In this document: positions 53,329 through 63,411 of the stretch, one piece after another | How the letters are laid out: the number at the start of each line of letters is the position of its first letter | Numbering within the stretch: the first letter of the stretch is position 1 | Assembly (NCBI GenBank): GCA_965247095.1 | Contig: OZ251997.1 | Location: 832,001-896,000 of the forward strand | Length of the DNA stretch: 64,000 nucleotides | Direction: 5' to 3' | DNA from: Candidatus Multivorans sp. | Lineage (GTDB): Bacteria > Acidobacteriota > Thermoanaerobaculia > Multivoradales > Multivoraceae | Position numbers and translations under genes: made by a program | The notes under the pieces: generated by a model | The model's input: the letters and a program-made list of their open reading frames with translations, nothing else | Database searches by the model: none | What the model was told of the DNA's origin: nothing

Positions 53329-56300
53329 CTAGAACCGGAACTTGATCGAGGCTCGCATCTGCCGCGGGCGCTGGAAGTACCGGCGTACGGGGTAGACCTC
53401 GCCCTGACCGTCCCAACGGCGGCGGCGCTGCTGGTTGGTCGCGTTGAGCACCTCGACGCGGAACTCGCCACGAACGTCCCGGTAGCCCATGGGGAAGCCC
53501 CAGGCGCCACTCAGGTTGATCGTGTACTCGTCCGAGGTCCGGCGCCCCTCCGCTCCCAGGGGGTGGAGGCGGACGCCGATGCCGGCGTTCGCCGTGCTGG
53601 GCCGCGCGTCGCTCGTCGGGTCGGAGGGAGTGATCGGCGGACAGGTGGCGAGACCATCCGGCCGCGCGCCCGGCGCGCAGGTCTTCGCGGCGCTGATGCC
53701 CGCGCCTTCACTCCGGGCCCAGGGGGTTCCGGTCTGGAAGGTGAGGTGGCCGCCGACGGTCAGGTCCTGCTTGCCGATGCGCCAGGTCTTGAACCCGAAG
53801 GAGTTGTAGATCCACGTGCGGTCGGCCACGCCGTTCGCGCCGCGCTGGTTGATCATGCTCCCCGGCTGGCCGATGAACTCAGTCAGACGCGCTGCGCAGT
53901 CTTCCGGATAGAGCCGGGTCCTGCCGGTCCGGCGGTCCGGATTGGTCTGGCTCGCCTGACAGGATGAAATGTGGCCCTCATCGAGGTTCACATGAACGAG
54001 TTCCAGGTACCCGCTGTCGGTGTTGTTCCACCAGACGCCTCCTCCCGTCGTGTCCGTCTCCGACCAGGCCACGTTGTTGTAGAGCGCCCAGCCGTCGGCG
54101 AAGCGACGGTTCAACTGGATCTGGAGGCCGCGGTAGGAGTTCATCGCCGGATCGGCGTTGGCCAGGGCCTCGCGATTCACCGTGCTGGGCCTGTCCGCCG
54201 GATCGAAGCCGGCCTCCGCCCACCTCTGCGCGCGCGCGTCATCGAACGCGAGCACGATCTTCTCCAGGTCGTGGTAGTTCTCGGTGACGCCGATCGCGCG
54301 GCCCCGATGATCGATCTGGTAGTTGGAGAACATCATGTCCTGCAGCTTCCAGTCGATGTACTTCACATCCAGGGCCCAATCCGGACGGAACTGCCACTCC
54401 AGGCCGAGGATCGCCTCCTGCTTGTAGTAGGTCTGGATGTCAAAGTCGTAGAGGCCTGCCTGGACGGCATCCCACATGAGGCCGGGTTGCGCCAGCTCCC
54501 AGGAGACGTTGTAGCCCGGAATGGCTGCCCCCACCGTGCCGTTGCGGATCGTGTCGCGCCGCGACGGGTGCCGGCAGTCGTAGCTGACGAAGCCTACCGA
54601 CCTCAGATAGTCCATGCCGGCGATGTCTCCCGGGTCGCAGAACAGGAAGACTTCCCTTCCCTCGTACCCGTTCCACAGGTCGTGCATGCTGGGCCGTGCC
54701 ACGTCGCCGCCGGAGATCCAGGCCTGGTTCAGCATCGCGTGGTACAGCCCCCAGGTGGCGTTGAACAGGAAGGCGCCGTCGCCCTTCACGTCGTAGGTGA
54801 TGTTGATCCGGGGATCGACGTAGGTGTCGTCGACGACCCGGCGCCGGACATCGTTCCATGCCTCCTGGTTCTCCGCTCGGAGCCCCAGGTTGATCGTCCA
54901 GTGATCACCGATCGTGAAGCGGTCGCGGATGTAGAAGCCGACGTCCCGAACCTCGGTGTCGCCGGTACCCGCGCCGACGCATGTGCCGGGCGTACGGACG
55001 ATCTCTCCGTTCACCCGTTCGATCTGTGTCGGACGGTGGGGCAAGCCGTCAGTGTGGAGCCCCTCGCAGGTGAGAAGCGGCGAGTTGTAGTCGACGAAGT
55101 AGCAGCTGCGGCCGCGCGTTGTACCACCGACGAACGTTGGGTTCGTTGGCGACGTGTCGTTGCCGCGGAGAAGGGAACACGTGTCGTGGCCGAGCGACCC
55201 GGCGCCGGCGTAGCCGAAGGGACTTGAGGCGTCGAAGCCCCAGCCGTTGAACAGCGGCACGCGGGCGTTCTCGCCTTCCCACTTCGTATCTTGGTAGTCG
55301 AGGCCGTACTTCAACTCGTGGTTGGCGCCCACGAACTGGGTCAGGCCAAGGTTCGCCTGCTCGCGCGGGAAGGCGTTGAAGCCGAAGCCGTCGGAGAGGA
55401 TCCAGCCGTTGTGCCAGGCCTGCAGGTTCTCGTTGTCGCGGTACACGTTGTAATTGTTGCCCGGGTAGAAGATGCCCAAGCTGGGGTTGAACGGGAACCG
55501 CAGCGGATAGCTCGTGTCGCCGCCCGAGGTGTTCGTCGCGCTATGGCCGGCGATCGGTCCGCGGTCGAGCGACTTCGCCTGCAGGCAGGTCTCCACCATG
55601 CGCGCAGGCGCATCGGGGAAGTTGTCCTGGGCCAGCCACTCGAGAAGGGGAATGCCGTCCGGGTTCAGAACCTCCGGGTTCTCCTGCTCCAGCGTGTCGT
55701 AGCAGGCGAGGTACTTGTTCTCCTGCGTTTCCTGCTGGGCGACCTTGGCTTCCAGGAACCAGTTGCCGGAAACCGCGTAGTTCCAGTTGATCGTCGACAG
55801 CACGCTGTCGTTTTCGTGCGGAGTCGGCGTCCAATAGTCGGACGACTGGTCGTTGAAGTAGTTACGGAACGCCGGCGTGTCGATTGCCGAAGCCGCAAGC
55901 GAATGGGAGGCCGTCGGCTGCATGTTCAGCTTGAAGATGCGCGCGTCGTTGAACAGGCTGACGTCGTACGGGTCACCGCCAAGCAGCCGCTCCGAGAAGG
56001 CATCGTCGAACTCACTCAGGCCCACGAAGAACCAGAACTTGTCCCGCCTGAGCGGACCGCCTGCCGAGAACTCGTAGCCATTCGAGGCGCCGGCCCATTC
56101 GTCACTGCCGGGCAGGCACGGTTCGCGGTTCGTGGTGAACACCTCCGAGGTGTCCGTGCCGCCGGGGATCAGGCCGCGCCCCGCGTCCCGGTCGTCGCCG
56201 TGGCAACGCCTGAACCAATCCGCGGGATACGGCTTGTTCTGGCGCTCGGTCAGAGACGGCTGGTCCTGGTAGTCGGAGCTCCACTTGAGTGCCTGACGCT

Positions 56301-57036
56301 GCCAGAGGACGTCGGTGTGCCACCGGTTGGTGCCCGACTTGACGATCACGTTGGTCGAGGAGCCGATGTAGCGGCCGTACTCGGCGGAGGATCCGCCGGC
56401 CTCCATGGAGACCTCGGTCACCGCCGTGGTGGGCAGGAAGACGCGGCTGCCGCCGAACTTGGCGAAGGTCGTGTCGACGCCGTCGATGTAGACACCCTGG
56501 TCGGCGAAGTGGGTTCCGTTGACCGATGGCCGCGTCTGCTGGATGTCGTCGTTCCGTGCGTCGGAGGTGACACCGGGCAGAGCGTTGATCACGCCGTAGT
56601 AGGTGCGCGTCGTGCCGGCGGTCTGTTCGCCGATCTCGGACGTCACGGTGGTGCCCGCGGTGACGTTGAACTTGTCGACCATGGGCGTGTCGGCCGTGAT
56701 CGTCAGCTCTTCGCCTTCGATGGCTGCGTGGAGCGTCAGGTCGACCGACTGGCGGTCACCTGCCGCGGCGTGGAAGGAGGTATTGGCTTCGCCAAGGCCC
56801 TGCAACTCCGTCTTCAGGCTGTAGTCGTCGGGGACGATGCCGACAAAGCGGAAATTGCCGTTGTCGTCGGTGATCGTGAATTTATCGCCACGGTCACTGG
56901 ACAGGGTCACGCTGACGCCCGGCAGGGGGGAGCCCCCAGGATCAACGATGGTGCCACTGACGGTGGCGGTCTCCGGGGCATCGGCGAAAAGGCCGACCGG
57001 AATGAGCAGTATCAGGGCCACTGCGAGTCGCTTCAC
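53329..57036 (-). CDS. TonB-dependent receptor with N-terminal carboxypeptidase-regulatory-like domain (Oar-like)
   Basis: Signal peptide, SGTIVDPGGSPLPGVSV, plug motifs LPGV...YIDGVD...SAEYG...VIVKSGTN, terminal KFRF; GAGGAGGAG RBS. Confidence 0.92.
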   Translation of the reverse strand: MKRLAVALILLIPVGLFADAPETATVSGTIVDPGGSPLPGVSVTLSSDRGDKFTITDDNGNFRFVGIVPDDYSLKTELQGLGEANTSFHAAAGDRQSVDLTLHAAIEGEELTITADTPMVDKFNVTAGTTVTSEIGEQTAGTTRTYYGVINALPGVTSDARNDDIQQTRPSVNGTHFADQGVYIDGVDTTFAKFGGSRVFLPTTAVTEVSMEAGGSSAEYGRYIGSSTNVIVKSGTNRWHTDVLWQRQALKWSSDYQDQPSLTERQNKPYPADWFRRCHGDDRDAGRGLIPGGTDTSEVFTTNREPCLPGSDEWAGASNGYEFSAGGPLRRDKFWFFVGLSEFDDAFSERLLGGDPYDVSLFNDARIFKLNMQPTASHSLAASAIDTPAFRNYFNDQSSDYWTPTPHENDSVLSTINWNYAVSGNWFLEAKVAQQETQENKYLACYDTLEQENPEVLNPDGIPLLEWLAQDNFPDAPARMVETCLQAKSLDRGPIAGHSATNTSGGDTSYPLRFPFNPSLGIFYPGNNYNVYRDNENLQAWHNGWILSDGFGFNAFPREQANLGLTQFVGANHELKYGLDYQDTKWEGENARVPLFNGWGFDASSPFGYAGAGSLGHDTCSLLRGNDTSPTNPTFVGGTTRGRSCYFVDYNSPLLTCEGLHTDGLPHRPTQIERVNGEIVRTPGTCVGAGTGDTEVRDVGFYIRDRFTIGDHWTINLGLRAENQEAWNDVRRRVVDDTYVDPRINITYDVKGDGAFLFNATWGLYHAMLNQAWISGGDVARPSMHDLWNGYEGREVFLFCDPGDIAGMDYLRSVGFVSYDCRHPSRRDTIRNGTVGAAIPGYNVSWELAQPGLMWDAVQAGLYDFDIQTYYKQEAILGLEWQFRPDWALDVKYIDWKLQDMMFSNYQIDHRGRAIGVTENYHDLEKIVLAFDDARAQRWAEAGFDPADRPSTVNREALANADPAMNSYRGLQIQLNRRFADGWALYNNVAWSETDTTGGGVWWNNTDSGYLELVHVNLDEGHISSCQASQTNPDRRTGRTRLYPEDCAARLTEFIGQPGSMINQRGANGVADRTWIYNSFGFKTWRIGKQDLTVGGHLTFQTGTPWARSEGAGISAAKTCAPGARPDGLATCPPITPSDPTSDARPSTANAGIGVRLHPLGAEGRRTSDEYTINLSGAWGFPMGYRDVRGEFRVEVLNATNQQRRRRWDGQGEVYPVRRYFQRPRQMRASIKFRF

Positions 57037-57080
57037 AAGCTCCTCCTCAGGATCAAGTTGTAGGGAATACGTTGAGAGGG

Positions 57081-57108
57081 ACTATATGACCGGCTAACCG
57101 GATGTCAA
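57081..57108 (-). promoter_or_regulatory. Near-consensus sigma70 promoter for the TonB receptor
   Basis: Minus strand TTGACA-16 nt-TATAGT about 45 nt upstream of the start; spacer contains CCGG-TTAG-CCGG. Confidence 0.65.
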
Positions 57109-57258
57109 GAAGCGGTCGATTTGGGCTTGTGGGGTATTGGGGATCCGGGATTCTGGATCGAACGGGCGCTTGGCGGCGTTGTTCGGCGTGCGGACGTACG
57201 CCGCGTCGTTCTGGCATCGCGCCTGATGCAGGCGAGGCGCCCGTGCTGCCTGGAACCA

Positions 57259-57374
57259 GATGCGGGCGAGACGCCCGCGTTCCCAGGGGCCGGATGCCGG
57301 CCGGAACCCGGGTGGCGCGATCCGCGCCACCCGTGAACCAGTCCGTGCGCCCGTCGTCGGGCGCACGGATGGCA
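57259..57374. repeat. Rearranged copy of the composite repeat: REP unit plus inverted two-hairpin module
   Basis: 57259-57289 is the REP unit; 57303-57374 is the reverse complement of the core of the 153-bp element with a few substitutions. Confidence 0.85.
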
Positions 57375-57432
57375 GGCCGGCGTACCCAGTGTGCGACGGA
57401 GGTCGGAGGGGCGGCGCATGCTCGCCAAAAGG

Positions 57433-57463
57433 AAAGGGGAGAGAGCCTAAGCCCTCTCCCCTT
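57433..57463 (-). terminator. Intrinsic terminator paralogous to 53247-53279
   Basis: Minus strand AAGGGGAGAGGGC-TTAG-GCTCTCTCCCCTTT followed by CCTTTT. Confidence 0.7.
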
Positions 57464-57515
57464 CTGATCCTGTGAACGCCTGAGCCGAAGCCCGGCGGTC
57501 TGTGCGGTCCGGCGC

Positions 57516-57989
57516 CTAGAAGCGGAACTTCATCGAGGCGCGCACCTGGCGCGGGCGCTGGAAGAAGCGCCGCACCGGGTAGACTTGGCCGTCGCCGCCC
57601 CAGGAGCGTCGCCGCTGCTGGTTGGTGACGTTCAGCACGTCGACCCGGAGTTCACGCCGCACGTCCCGGACGCCCATGGGGAAGCCCCAGGCGCCGTTCA
57701 GGTTGAGGGTGTACTCGTCCGAGGTGAAGCGCCCCTGCGTGCCCGGTGCATGCAGGTTGAAGCTGACACCGTCGTTCGGCGTGCCCGGCTTCGGGTCCTC
57801 CGGATTGCGCTGGACCCTTTCAAGGTCATCGAAGTCGATCGGCGTTCCTTCCGAGCGGACCCACGGTGTTCCGGTCTGGAAACTCAGGTGGCCGGAGAGG
57901 GTCAGGTCCTGGTTCCCCAGACGCCAGGTCTTGAACCCGAACGAGTTGTAGATCCACGTCCGGTCGTAGGCGCCGTTCAGACCGCGCCG
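57516..57989 (-). pseudogene. 3' remnant (~157 codons) of a second, paralogous TonB-dependent receptor
   Basis: RRGLNGAYDRTWIYNSFGFKTWR...SDEYTLNLNGAWGFPMG...YPVRRFFQRPRQVRASMKFRF aligns with the C-terminus of 53329-57036; no 5' part. Confidence 0.9.
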
Positions 57990-58627
57990 ACCGCTTCCCC
58001 GACCTCTACGTTTCGGTGCTGGGCGGGGCGAACCGTCTCTACCGGAACCGCGGGGACGGCAGCTTCGAGGACGTGGCGGCGGAACTCGACGTCACGGGGC
58101 CTAGCCAGAGCTTCGCGGCGTGGTTCTGGGACTTCGACAACGACGGCAACCTGGACCTGTTCGTGTCCAGCTATACCGGTGACCGGGGAGGCCTGGGCTT
58201 CGTGGCCGCGAGCTACCAGGGCTTCCCGGGTCCCTGGGAGTTGGCGCGGCTCTACCGGGGCACGGGCGGCGGGCGGTTCGAGGATGTCGCGGCCCGCGCC
58301 GGCCTGACCCGGCTCCATCTGCCGATGGGATCGAACTTCGGCGACCTGGACGCGGACGGTTTCCTCGACTTCTACCTCGGCACCGGCTACCCGGACTACG
58401 AGGCGGTGATGCCCAACGTCCTCTACCGCAGCCTGGGCGGCGAGCGGTTCGTCGACGTGAGCCTCGCCGCCGGCTTCGGCCACCTGCAGAAGGGACACGC
58501 GGTGGTGTTCGCCGAGGTCGAGGTCTACTGGCCGACCACGGACAGCACCCAGACGTTCACGGACGTCGGGATGGACCGGTTGTACCGGGTCGTCGAGGGT
58601 GTGGAGGCTTTGGAGGTGGTCGACTAG
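57989..58627 (+). pseudogene. 5'-truncated, probably internally deleted CRTAC1/ASPIC-UnbV gene
   Basis: Begins mid-repeat (DRFPDLYVS...NRLYRNRGDG). GHLQKGHAVVFA is joined directly to the terminal EVYWP..QTF segment. Confidence 0.8.
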
Positions 58628-61077
58628 CGGACCGGCGCCGTGCCGATGACGTGGTCGGCCTCCAGCGCGTCGAGTTCCGCCTCGCTCAGGCCAAGCAACC
58701 GCGTCAGCACGTCGCGGTTGTGCTCCCCGAGCGTCGGCGCGGGCCACTCGACGGCGTACGGGCGGTTCTTGCCGTCGCCGCCCACCGGCCGGTAGGGCGC
58801 GGAGGCGTTCGGCTGGTCGCCGACGAAGGCGCGTTCGCGCCACTGCCAGTAGCGGCGGGCTTCGAGATGCGGGTCGTAGAGCACGTCCAACGTGTTGCGC
58901 ACGACCGCCGACGGCGCCTCGGCAGCGGCCAGACGACGCTCCAGCGCCAGGCCGTCGTAGAGCCGGGTGCGGGCCGCGAGCTCGCGGTCGAGCTCGTCCT
59001 CGTGGCCCTTGCGGGCGGAGGCGGCGGCGAAGCGGGGGTGGGTGGCGTCCATTCCCACGGTGTCGCACAGCCGCTGCCACTGCTCGTCCGTCTCCACCGT
59101 GATCGTGATCCACGGTTCCGCGCCGATGCACGGGTAGACGCCCCAGGGCGCGTGCAGCGGGTGGCGTCCGCCGCAACGAGCAGGCGGCTTTCCGCGCATC
59201 GCTTGCTCGACGAGTCCGTGAGCCGCGAGCGGGAACATCGATTGGACGTGGGAGAGATCGACGTACTGGCCCTCACCCGTCCGCCGGCGGTGCCTGAGAG
59301 CAGTCAAGAGCGCGGCGGCGGCGTTGATCCCGGCGATCGGATCGCCGAAGGCGACGTGCTGCATGGTCGGCGGATCCTCCGCGCGGCCGTTCAGGTGAGG
59401 CAGGCCGGACGCCTGCTCGACGGTCGAGCCATAGGCGCGGTGGTTCATCCACTGACCGCTGGCGCCGAAGGGCGGCATGGACACCATGACCAGTTCGGGG
59501 TTCACCTCGCGCAGCCGCTCGTAGGCGAGCCCCAGCTTGGGCAGGACGCTGGCGGTGTAGTTCTCGATCACCGCGTCCGAGATCGCGACGAGTCGGAGGA
59601 GCAGATCGACGCCGCGGGGAATGGTCAAGTCGAGTGTGATCCCGAACTTGTTGCGGTTCGCGCTGTTGAAGGCGGTGGACTGCTCGTAGAGCTTCTGTTC
59701 GATCGACTCCGGGGTCGACTCCCAGCCCCGCCACCAGTCGAAGTACTGGCAGGACTCGACCTTGATCACTTCGGCGCCCATGTCGGCGAGTTGACGGGTG
59801 GCGAGCGGACCTGCCCAGCCCATGGTCAGGTCGACGATGCGGATGGCCCGGAGGAGGCCGGGGCGGCGAGGGGCGGCGCTGGCCGGCAATTCCGGCGCTC
59901 TGGCCAATCGCCGGCGAACGACCGGCGTTTCGGGGACGTGGCCACCGTGCTCGCCGAGCCGTGGCGCCCGGCCGCCCGCGACGGCCGGCGTGCGGTGGAG
60001 CCGAAACGGCGTGCCGGCGGTAAGGAAGCGCCCCTGGTCCGGGTGCTCGGCTTCCACCCAGGCGCCGCGGTCGCGGAACTGGTCGAGTTCGAACAGCTCG
60101 GCCGGCGTCGGCGCCAGCGCCAGGGGAACGCGGGCCGCTTGACCGGCCTCCACCCACTCCAGAGCGGTTCGTTCGAGGAAGCGGGGCCCGAGGGCTGCGT
60201 CGATTGCGTCGGCGTCTTCCAGGCGGTTGACCGATACCTGGTAGCGGGGGTCGGCGCCCAGCTCGGGAAGTCCCAGCAGCGAGCACAGGCTCCGCCACTG
60301 CGACGGGGTCACGGTGGTGACGCCGAGCCAGCCGTCACGGCAGGGGTAGATGCCGGTCGGGTAGGTGGGCCAGAAGCGGTTGATCCCTACGCGGGGCCGG
60401 ATCTCACCGGTCGCGAGGGTGCCGGGAGGGCCGGGCTCGGTGATGCACATCGCCGCTTCGAAGATGGACACGTCGATATGGCTCGTGGCGCCGAGGTTGC
60501 CGGATTCCCGCGCCAGCAGATGGCCGACACCGGCAACGTAGGCGAGCGTGCCGGCGACGATTTGCGGTGTGTGGCCCGTGGTCAGCATCGGCGGGCCCTC
60601 GGCCGGGCCCACGGCTCGGACTGCCCCGATGTGCGTGCTGATCACCTGATCGGTGGCGGCGCGACCGGCGTAGGGGCCCGCGGCGCCGAACCACGAGATC
60701 GAGAGCCGGATCTGATCGGCCTCGAGTGGCCGGTTGGGACCGGGGTCGGCGTCGAGGATGACGTCGGCGGCACGGAGGAACGCCCGGCTCGTTGCGTCGT
60801 CCGGGTTGGCGGCGACACTCCGTTTGCCGAGCGACAGGTAGGTGGCCAGCCCGCTCGCTTCAGGCGCAGGGGCTCCGGGATGGAACGGCGGCAGGCGCCG
60901 GATCGGGTGCCCTTCGCCGGGCGGCTCGAGGTTTGTGACCTCGCCGCCGAGGTCGCGGAAGAGCTTGCCGCAGTAGGCGGTGGCGACGGTGCCGGCGAGG
61001 TCGATGACGTGGATGCCGGCGAGGGCGCCGCCTCTTCGGGGTTCCGCGCCGCCGGGTGCTGCTTCGTGGTCGTTCAT
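58624..61077 (-). CDS. Family III CoA-transferase (CaiB/BaiF), tandem two-domain
   Basis: LAGIHVIDL...LGKRSV and a second domain IVDLTMGWAGP...ADMGAEVIKVE...NRNK; two APxLGEH motifs. Confidence 0.93.
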   Translation of the reverse strand: MNDHEAAPGGAEPRRGGALAGIHVIDLAGTVATAYCGKLFRDLGGEVTNLEPPGEGHPIRRLPPFHPGAPAPEASGLATYLSLGKRSVAANPDDATSRAFLRAADVILDADPGPNRPLEADQIRLSISWFGAAGPYAGRAATDQVISTHIGAVRAVGPAEGPPMLTTGHTPQIVAGTLAYVAGVGHLLARESGNLGATSHIDVSIFEAAMCITEPGPPGTLATGEIRPRVGINRFWPTYPTGIYPCRDGWLGVTTVTPSQWRSLCSLLGLPELGADPRYQVSVNRLEDADAIDAALGPRFLERTALEWVEAGQAARVPLALAPTPAELFELDQFRDRGAWVEAEHPDQGRFLTAGTPFRLHRTPAVAGGRAPRLGEHGGHVPETPVVRRRLARAPELPASAAPRRPGLLRAIRIVDLTMGWAGPLATRQLADMGAEVIKVESCQYFDWWRGWESTPESIEQKLYEQSTAFNSANRNKFGITLDLTIPRGVDLLLRLVAISDAVIENYTASVLPKLGLAYERLREVNPELVMVSMPPFGASGQWMNHRAYGSTVEQASGLPHLNGRAEDPPTMQHVAFGDPIAGINAAAALLTALRHRRRTGEGQYVDLSHVQSMFPLAAHGLVEQAMRGKPPARCGGRHPLHAPWGVYPCIGAEPWITITVETDEQWQRLCDTVGMDATHPRFAAASARKGHEDELDRELAARTRLYDGLALERRLAAAEAPSAVVRNTLDVLYDPHLEARRYWQWRERAFVGDQPNASAPYRPVGGDGKNRPYAVEWPAPTLGEHNRDVLTRLLGLSEAELDALEADHVIGTAPVR

Positions 61078-61117
61078 TGGACTGAGGTGGACGCGGGATT
61101 GTAGATCGTTCCAGGTT

Positions 61118-61158
61118 CCGCCTGCGGCGGATGCGGGCGAGACGCCCGGTGTGCCAGG
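61118..61158. repeat. Degenerate REP-like copy between divergent genes
   Basis: CCGCC-TGC-GGCGG-AT-GCGGGCG-AGA-CGCCCG...CCAGG. Confidence 0.7.
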
Positions 61159-61178
61159 CGTCGGCGTAGGATTCCCGC

Positions 61179-62453
61179 GTGAAACGACAGACATACCTGC
61201 GGCTCTCCGTGATGATGCTCCTGCAGTACGGGGTATGGGGCGTCTGGTTGCCGGTGCTGGCGCGCTACCTCCAGGCGGCGCCTTCGGAGGGGGGGCTCGG
61301 CTTCACTCCGGGCCAGATCGGATGGATCCTGGGGCTTGCGAGTTCGATCGGGGCCGTCACGGCGCCCTTCGTCGCCGGTCAGCTCGCGGACCGCGCGTTC
61401 TCCACCCAGCGTGTGCTGGCGGTGCTGTTGGTCGCCGGCGGCGTGGTCAAGATCATCACCGCCTACCAGACCAGCTTCGGCGCCTGGTTGTGGCTGTCGG
61501 TTCTCTATTCGGTGCTCTTCACGCCGACCCTGGCCCTCTCGAACTCGCTCGCCTTCGCCCACATTGACGACGGCGATCGGGAGTTCCCGCGGGTGCGGGT
61601 GTGGGGCACGATCGGCTGGATCGCTGCCAGTTGGGCGTTCCCGCTGTTCTGGCTGCTCTCGGACGTGCGGCTTTCCTGGCTGCCGCCGTTCTACGCCGGT
61701 GTGGAGGCCCCGGACGCGACGGCCCGCCTCGTGGATTCCCTGGTCTGGAGCGGCGTTCTCGCCTTCGGCTACGCGCTCTTCTGCCTCTTCCTGCCGTCGA
61801 CACCGCCGCGACGCGACGCCAAGGAGAAGCTGGCCTTCGCCAAGGCGTTCGGGCTCTTCCGGCATCGGTCCTTCGCGGTCCTGGTGGCGGCGAGCCTGCC
61901 GGTCGCGGTGATCCACCAGATCTACTTCATGCAGACGGCGCCGTTCATGAGCCAGGTGCTCGGTCTGCCGGACAGCCGCATCGGCCCGGCGATGAGCATT
62001 GGCCAGTTCGCGGAGATCGCGGTCATGGTGGCCGCGGGCTGGCTCCTGGCGCGGTTCGGTTTCCGCGGTGTGATCACGATCGGCGTGCTCGCCTACGCCG
62101 TCCGCTACGCGATCTTCGGCAGCGTGTTCCTGCCGTCACAGGTCATCATCGCGAGCCAGGCGCTGCACGGCCTGTGCTACGCGTGCTTCTTTGCCGCCGC
62201 CTTCATCTATGTCGACCGCATCGCGGAGGCTGATGTCCGTCACTCGGCGCAGACCGTGTTCGGCATCGTGATTCTGGGCCTGGGGCCGGTGCTGGCCGCA
62301 CCCGTGCTGCAGGTGCTGTCGATGCTCTTCACCAACGAGGCGGGCGTGCTCGACTACTCGGCGCTGTGGTACTCGCTTTCCGTCCTGGCGATGCTGACGA
62401 TGGTCGGGTTCGCGGCCCTGTTCCGGGACGAGACGCAGGCCGAGCGGAGCTAG
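61179..62453 (+). CDS. MFS transporter, nucleoside:H+ symporter-like
   Basis: LSVMMLLQYGVWGVW, GQLADR, PTLALSNSLAF, FPRVRVWGTIGWI, MSIGQFAE and LHGLCY. Confidence 0.9.
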   Translation: MKRQTYLRLSVMMLLQYGVWGVWLPVLARYLQAAPSEGGLGFTPGQIGWILGLASSIGAVTAPFVAGQLADRAFSTQRVLAVLLVAGGVVKIITAYQTSFGAWLWLSVLYSVLFTPTLALSNSLAFAHIDDGDREFPRVRVWGTIGWIAASWAFPLFWLLSDVRLSWLPPFYAGVEAPDATARLVDSLVWSGVLAFGYALFCLFLPSTPPRRDAKEKLAFAKAFGLFRHRSFAVLVAASLPVAVIHQIYFMQTAPFMSQVLGLPDSRIGPAMSIGQFAEIAVMVAAGWLLARFGFRGVITIGVLAYAVRYAIFGSVFLPSQVIIASQALHGLCYACFFAAAFIYVDRIAEADVRHSAQTVFGIVILGLGPVLAAPVLQVLSMLFTNEAGVLDYSALWYSLSVLAMLTMVGFAALFRDETQAERS

Positions 62454-62459
62454 AGCCCG

Positions 62460-63326
62460 TCAGACGTCGCAGACCTGCACGCCGTGGGCCAGGGCAGCGA
62501 GCTTGTCCTCGCCCTTGGGGATAAATTCTTGCCCCACGATCCCCGTGTAACCGGTCTCGAGGATCGCGCGCATGATTGCCGGGTAGTAGAGCTCCTGGTT
62601 GTCATCGAGCTCGTTGCGGCCCGGGTTGCCGGCCGTGTGGTAGTGGCCGATGTGCTGGTGATGGTCGCGGATCGTGCGGATGACGTCGCCTTCCATGATC
62701 TGCGCGTGGTAGATGTCGTAGAGGATCCTGAAGCGGTCGGAGCCGACCCGGTCAACGAGTTCGACCAGCCAGGGCACGTTGTCGGCCATGTAGTCGGCGT
62801 GGTTGACCTTGGAGTTGAGCAACTCCATGCAGATCGTGACCCCCTTGTTCTCGGCGTGGCCCACGATCTGCTTCAGCGCCTGCGCGCAGTTGTCGAGACC
62901 CTCGCTGTCGGCCATGCCGTTTCGGTTGCCGGAGAACGTGATCACGTTGGGGAAGCCGGCTTCGGCCGCGGCGTCGATGCTGGCGCGAATCGCTCCCAGG
63001 CAGGCTTCATGGTTGGCCGGGTCGTTAACCCCCTCGGTGATGCCATGGCTGTTCGTCATCGCGCAGCTCAAGCCGTACTTCTGGATGGTGGGGAAGTCGT
63101 CGGCGCCGATGATCTCGACCGACTCGAGGCCCATCGCCTTCGAGGCCGCCGCAAGCTCGTCGAGCGGCATGCGGCCATAGCACCAGCGGCACACCGACTG
63201 GCGGATCCGCCCGTTCCTGATCACCCGTTCCTGCTGGGCCGCGATTCCGGACGGTGCGGCCGAGGCCGCCGCGACCGCTGCGGCGCCTGCGATCAGGGTC
63301 CTGCGGGACAGAGGTTCTGCGTTCAT
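62460..63326 (-). CDS. Hydroxypyruvate isomerase-like TIM-barrel protein with Tat-like signal
   Basis: SRRTLI, QSVCRWCY, MELLNSKVNH, YDIYHAQIMEGD, HYHTAGNPGRNE and GQEFIP. Confidence 0.9.
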   Translation of the reverse strand: MNAEPLSRRTLIAGAAAVAAASAAPSGIAAQQERVIRNGRIRQSVCRWCYGRMPLDELAAASKAMGLESVEIIGADDFPTIQKYGLSCAMTNSHGITEGVNDPANHEACLGAIRASIDAAAEAGFPNVITFSGNRNGMADSEGLDNCAQALKQIVGHAENKGVTICMELLNSKVNHADYMADNVPWLVELVDRVGSDRFRILYDIYHAQIMEGDVIRTIRDHHQHIGHYHTAGNPGRNELDDNQELYYPAIMRAILETGYTGIVGQEFIPKGEDKLAALAHGVQVCDV

Positions 63327-63411
63327 GGGACGGTCCTCCGCTAGACGTTTGCGAGCCTGGGGGTTGAGGGGTCCGGCCATCTTAGCGCTCGCCACGCGCT
63401 ACGATCGCGGC

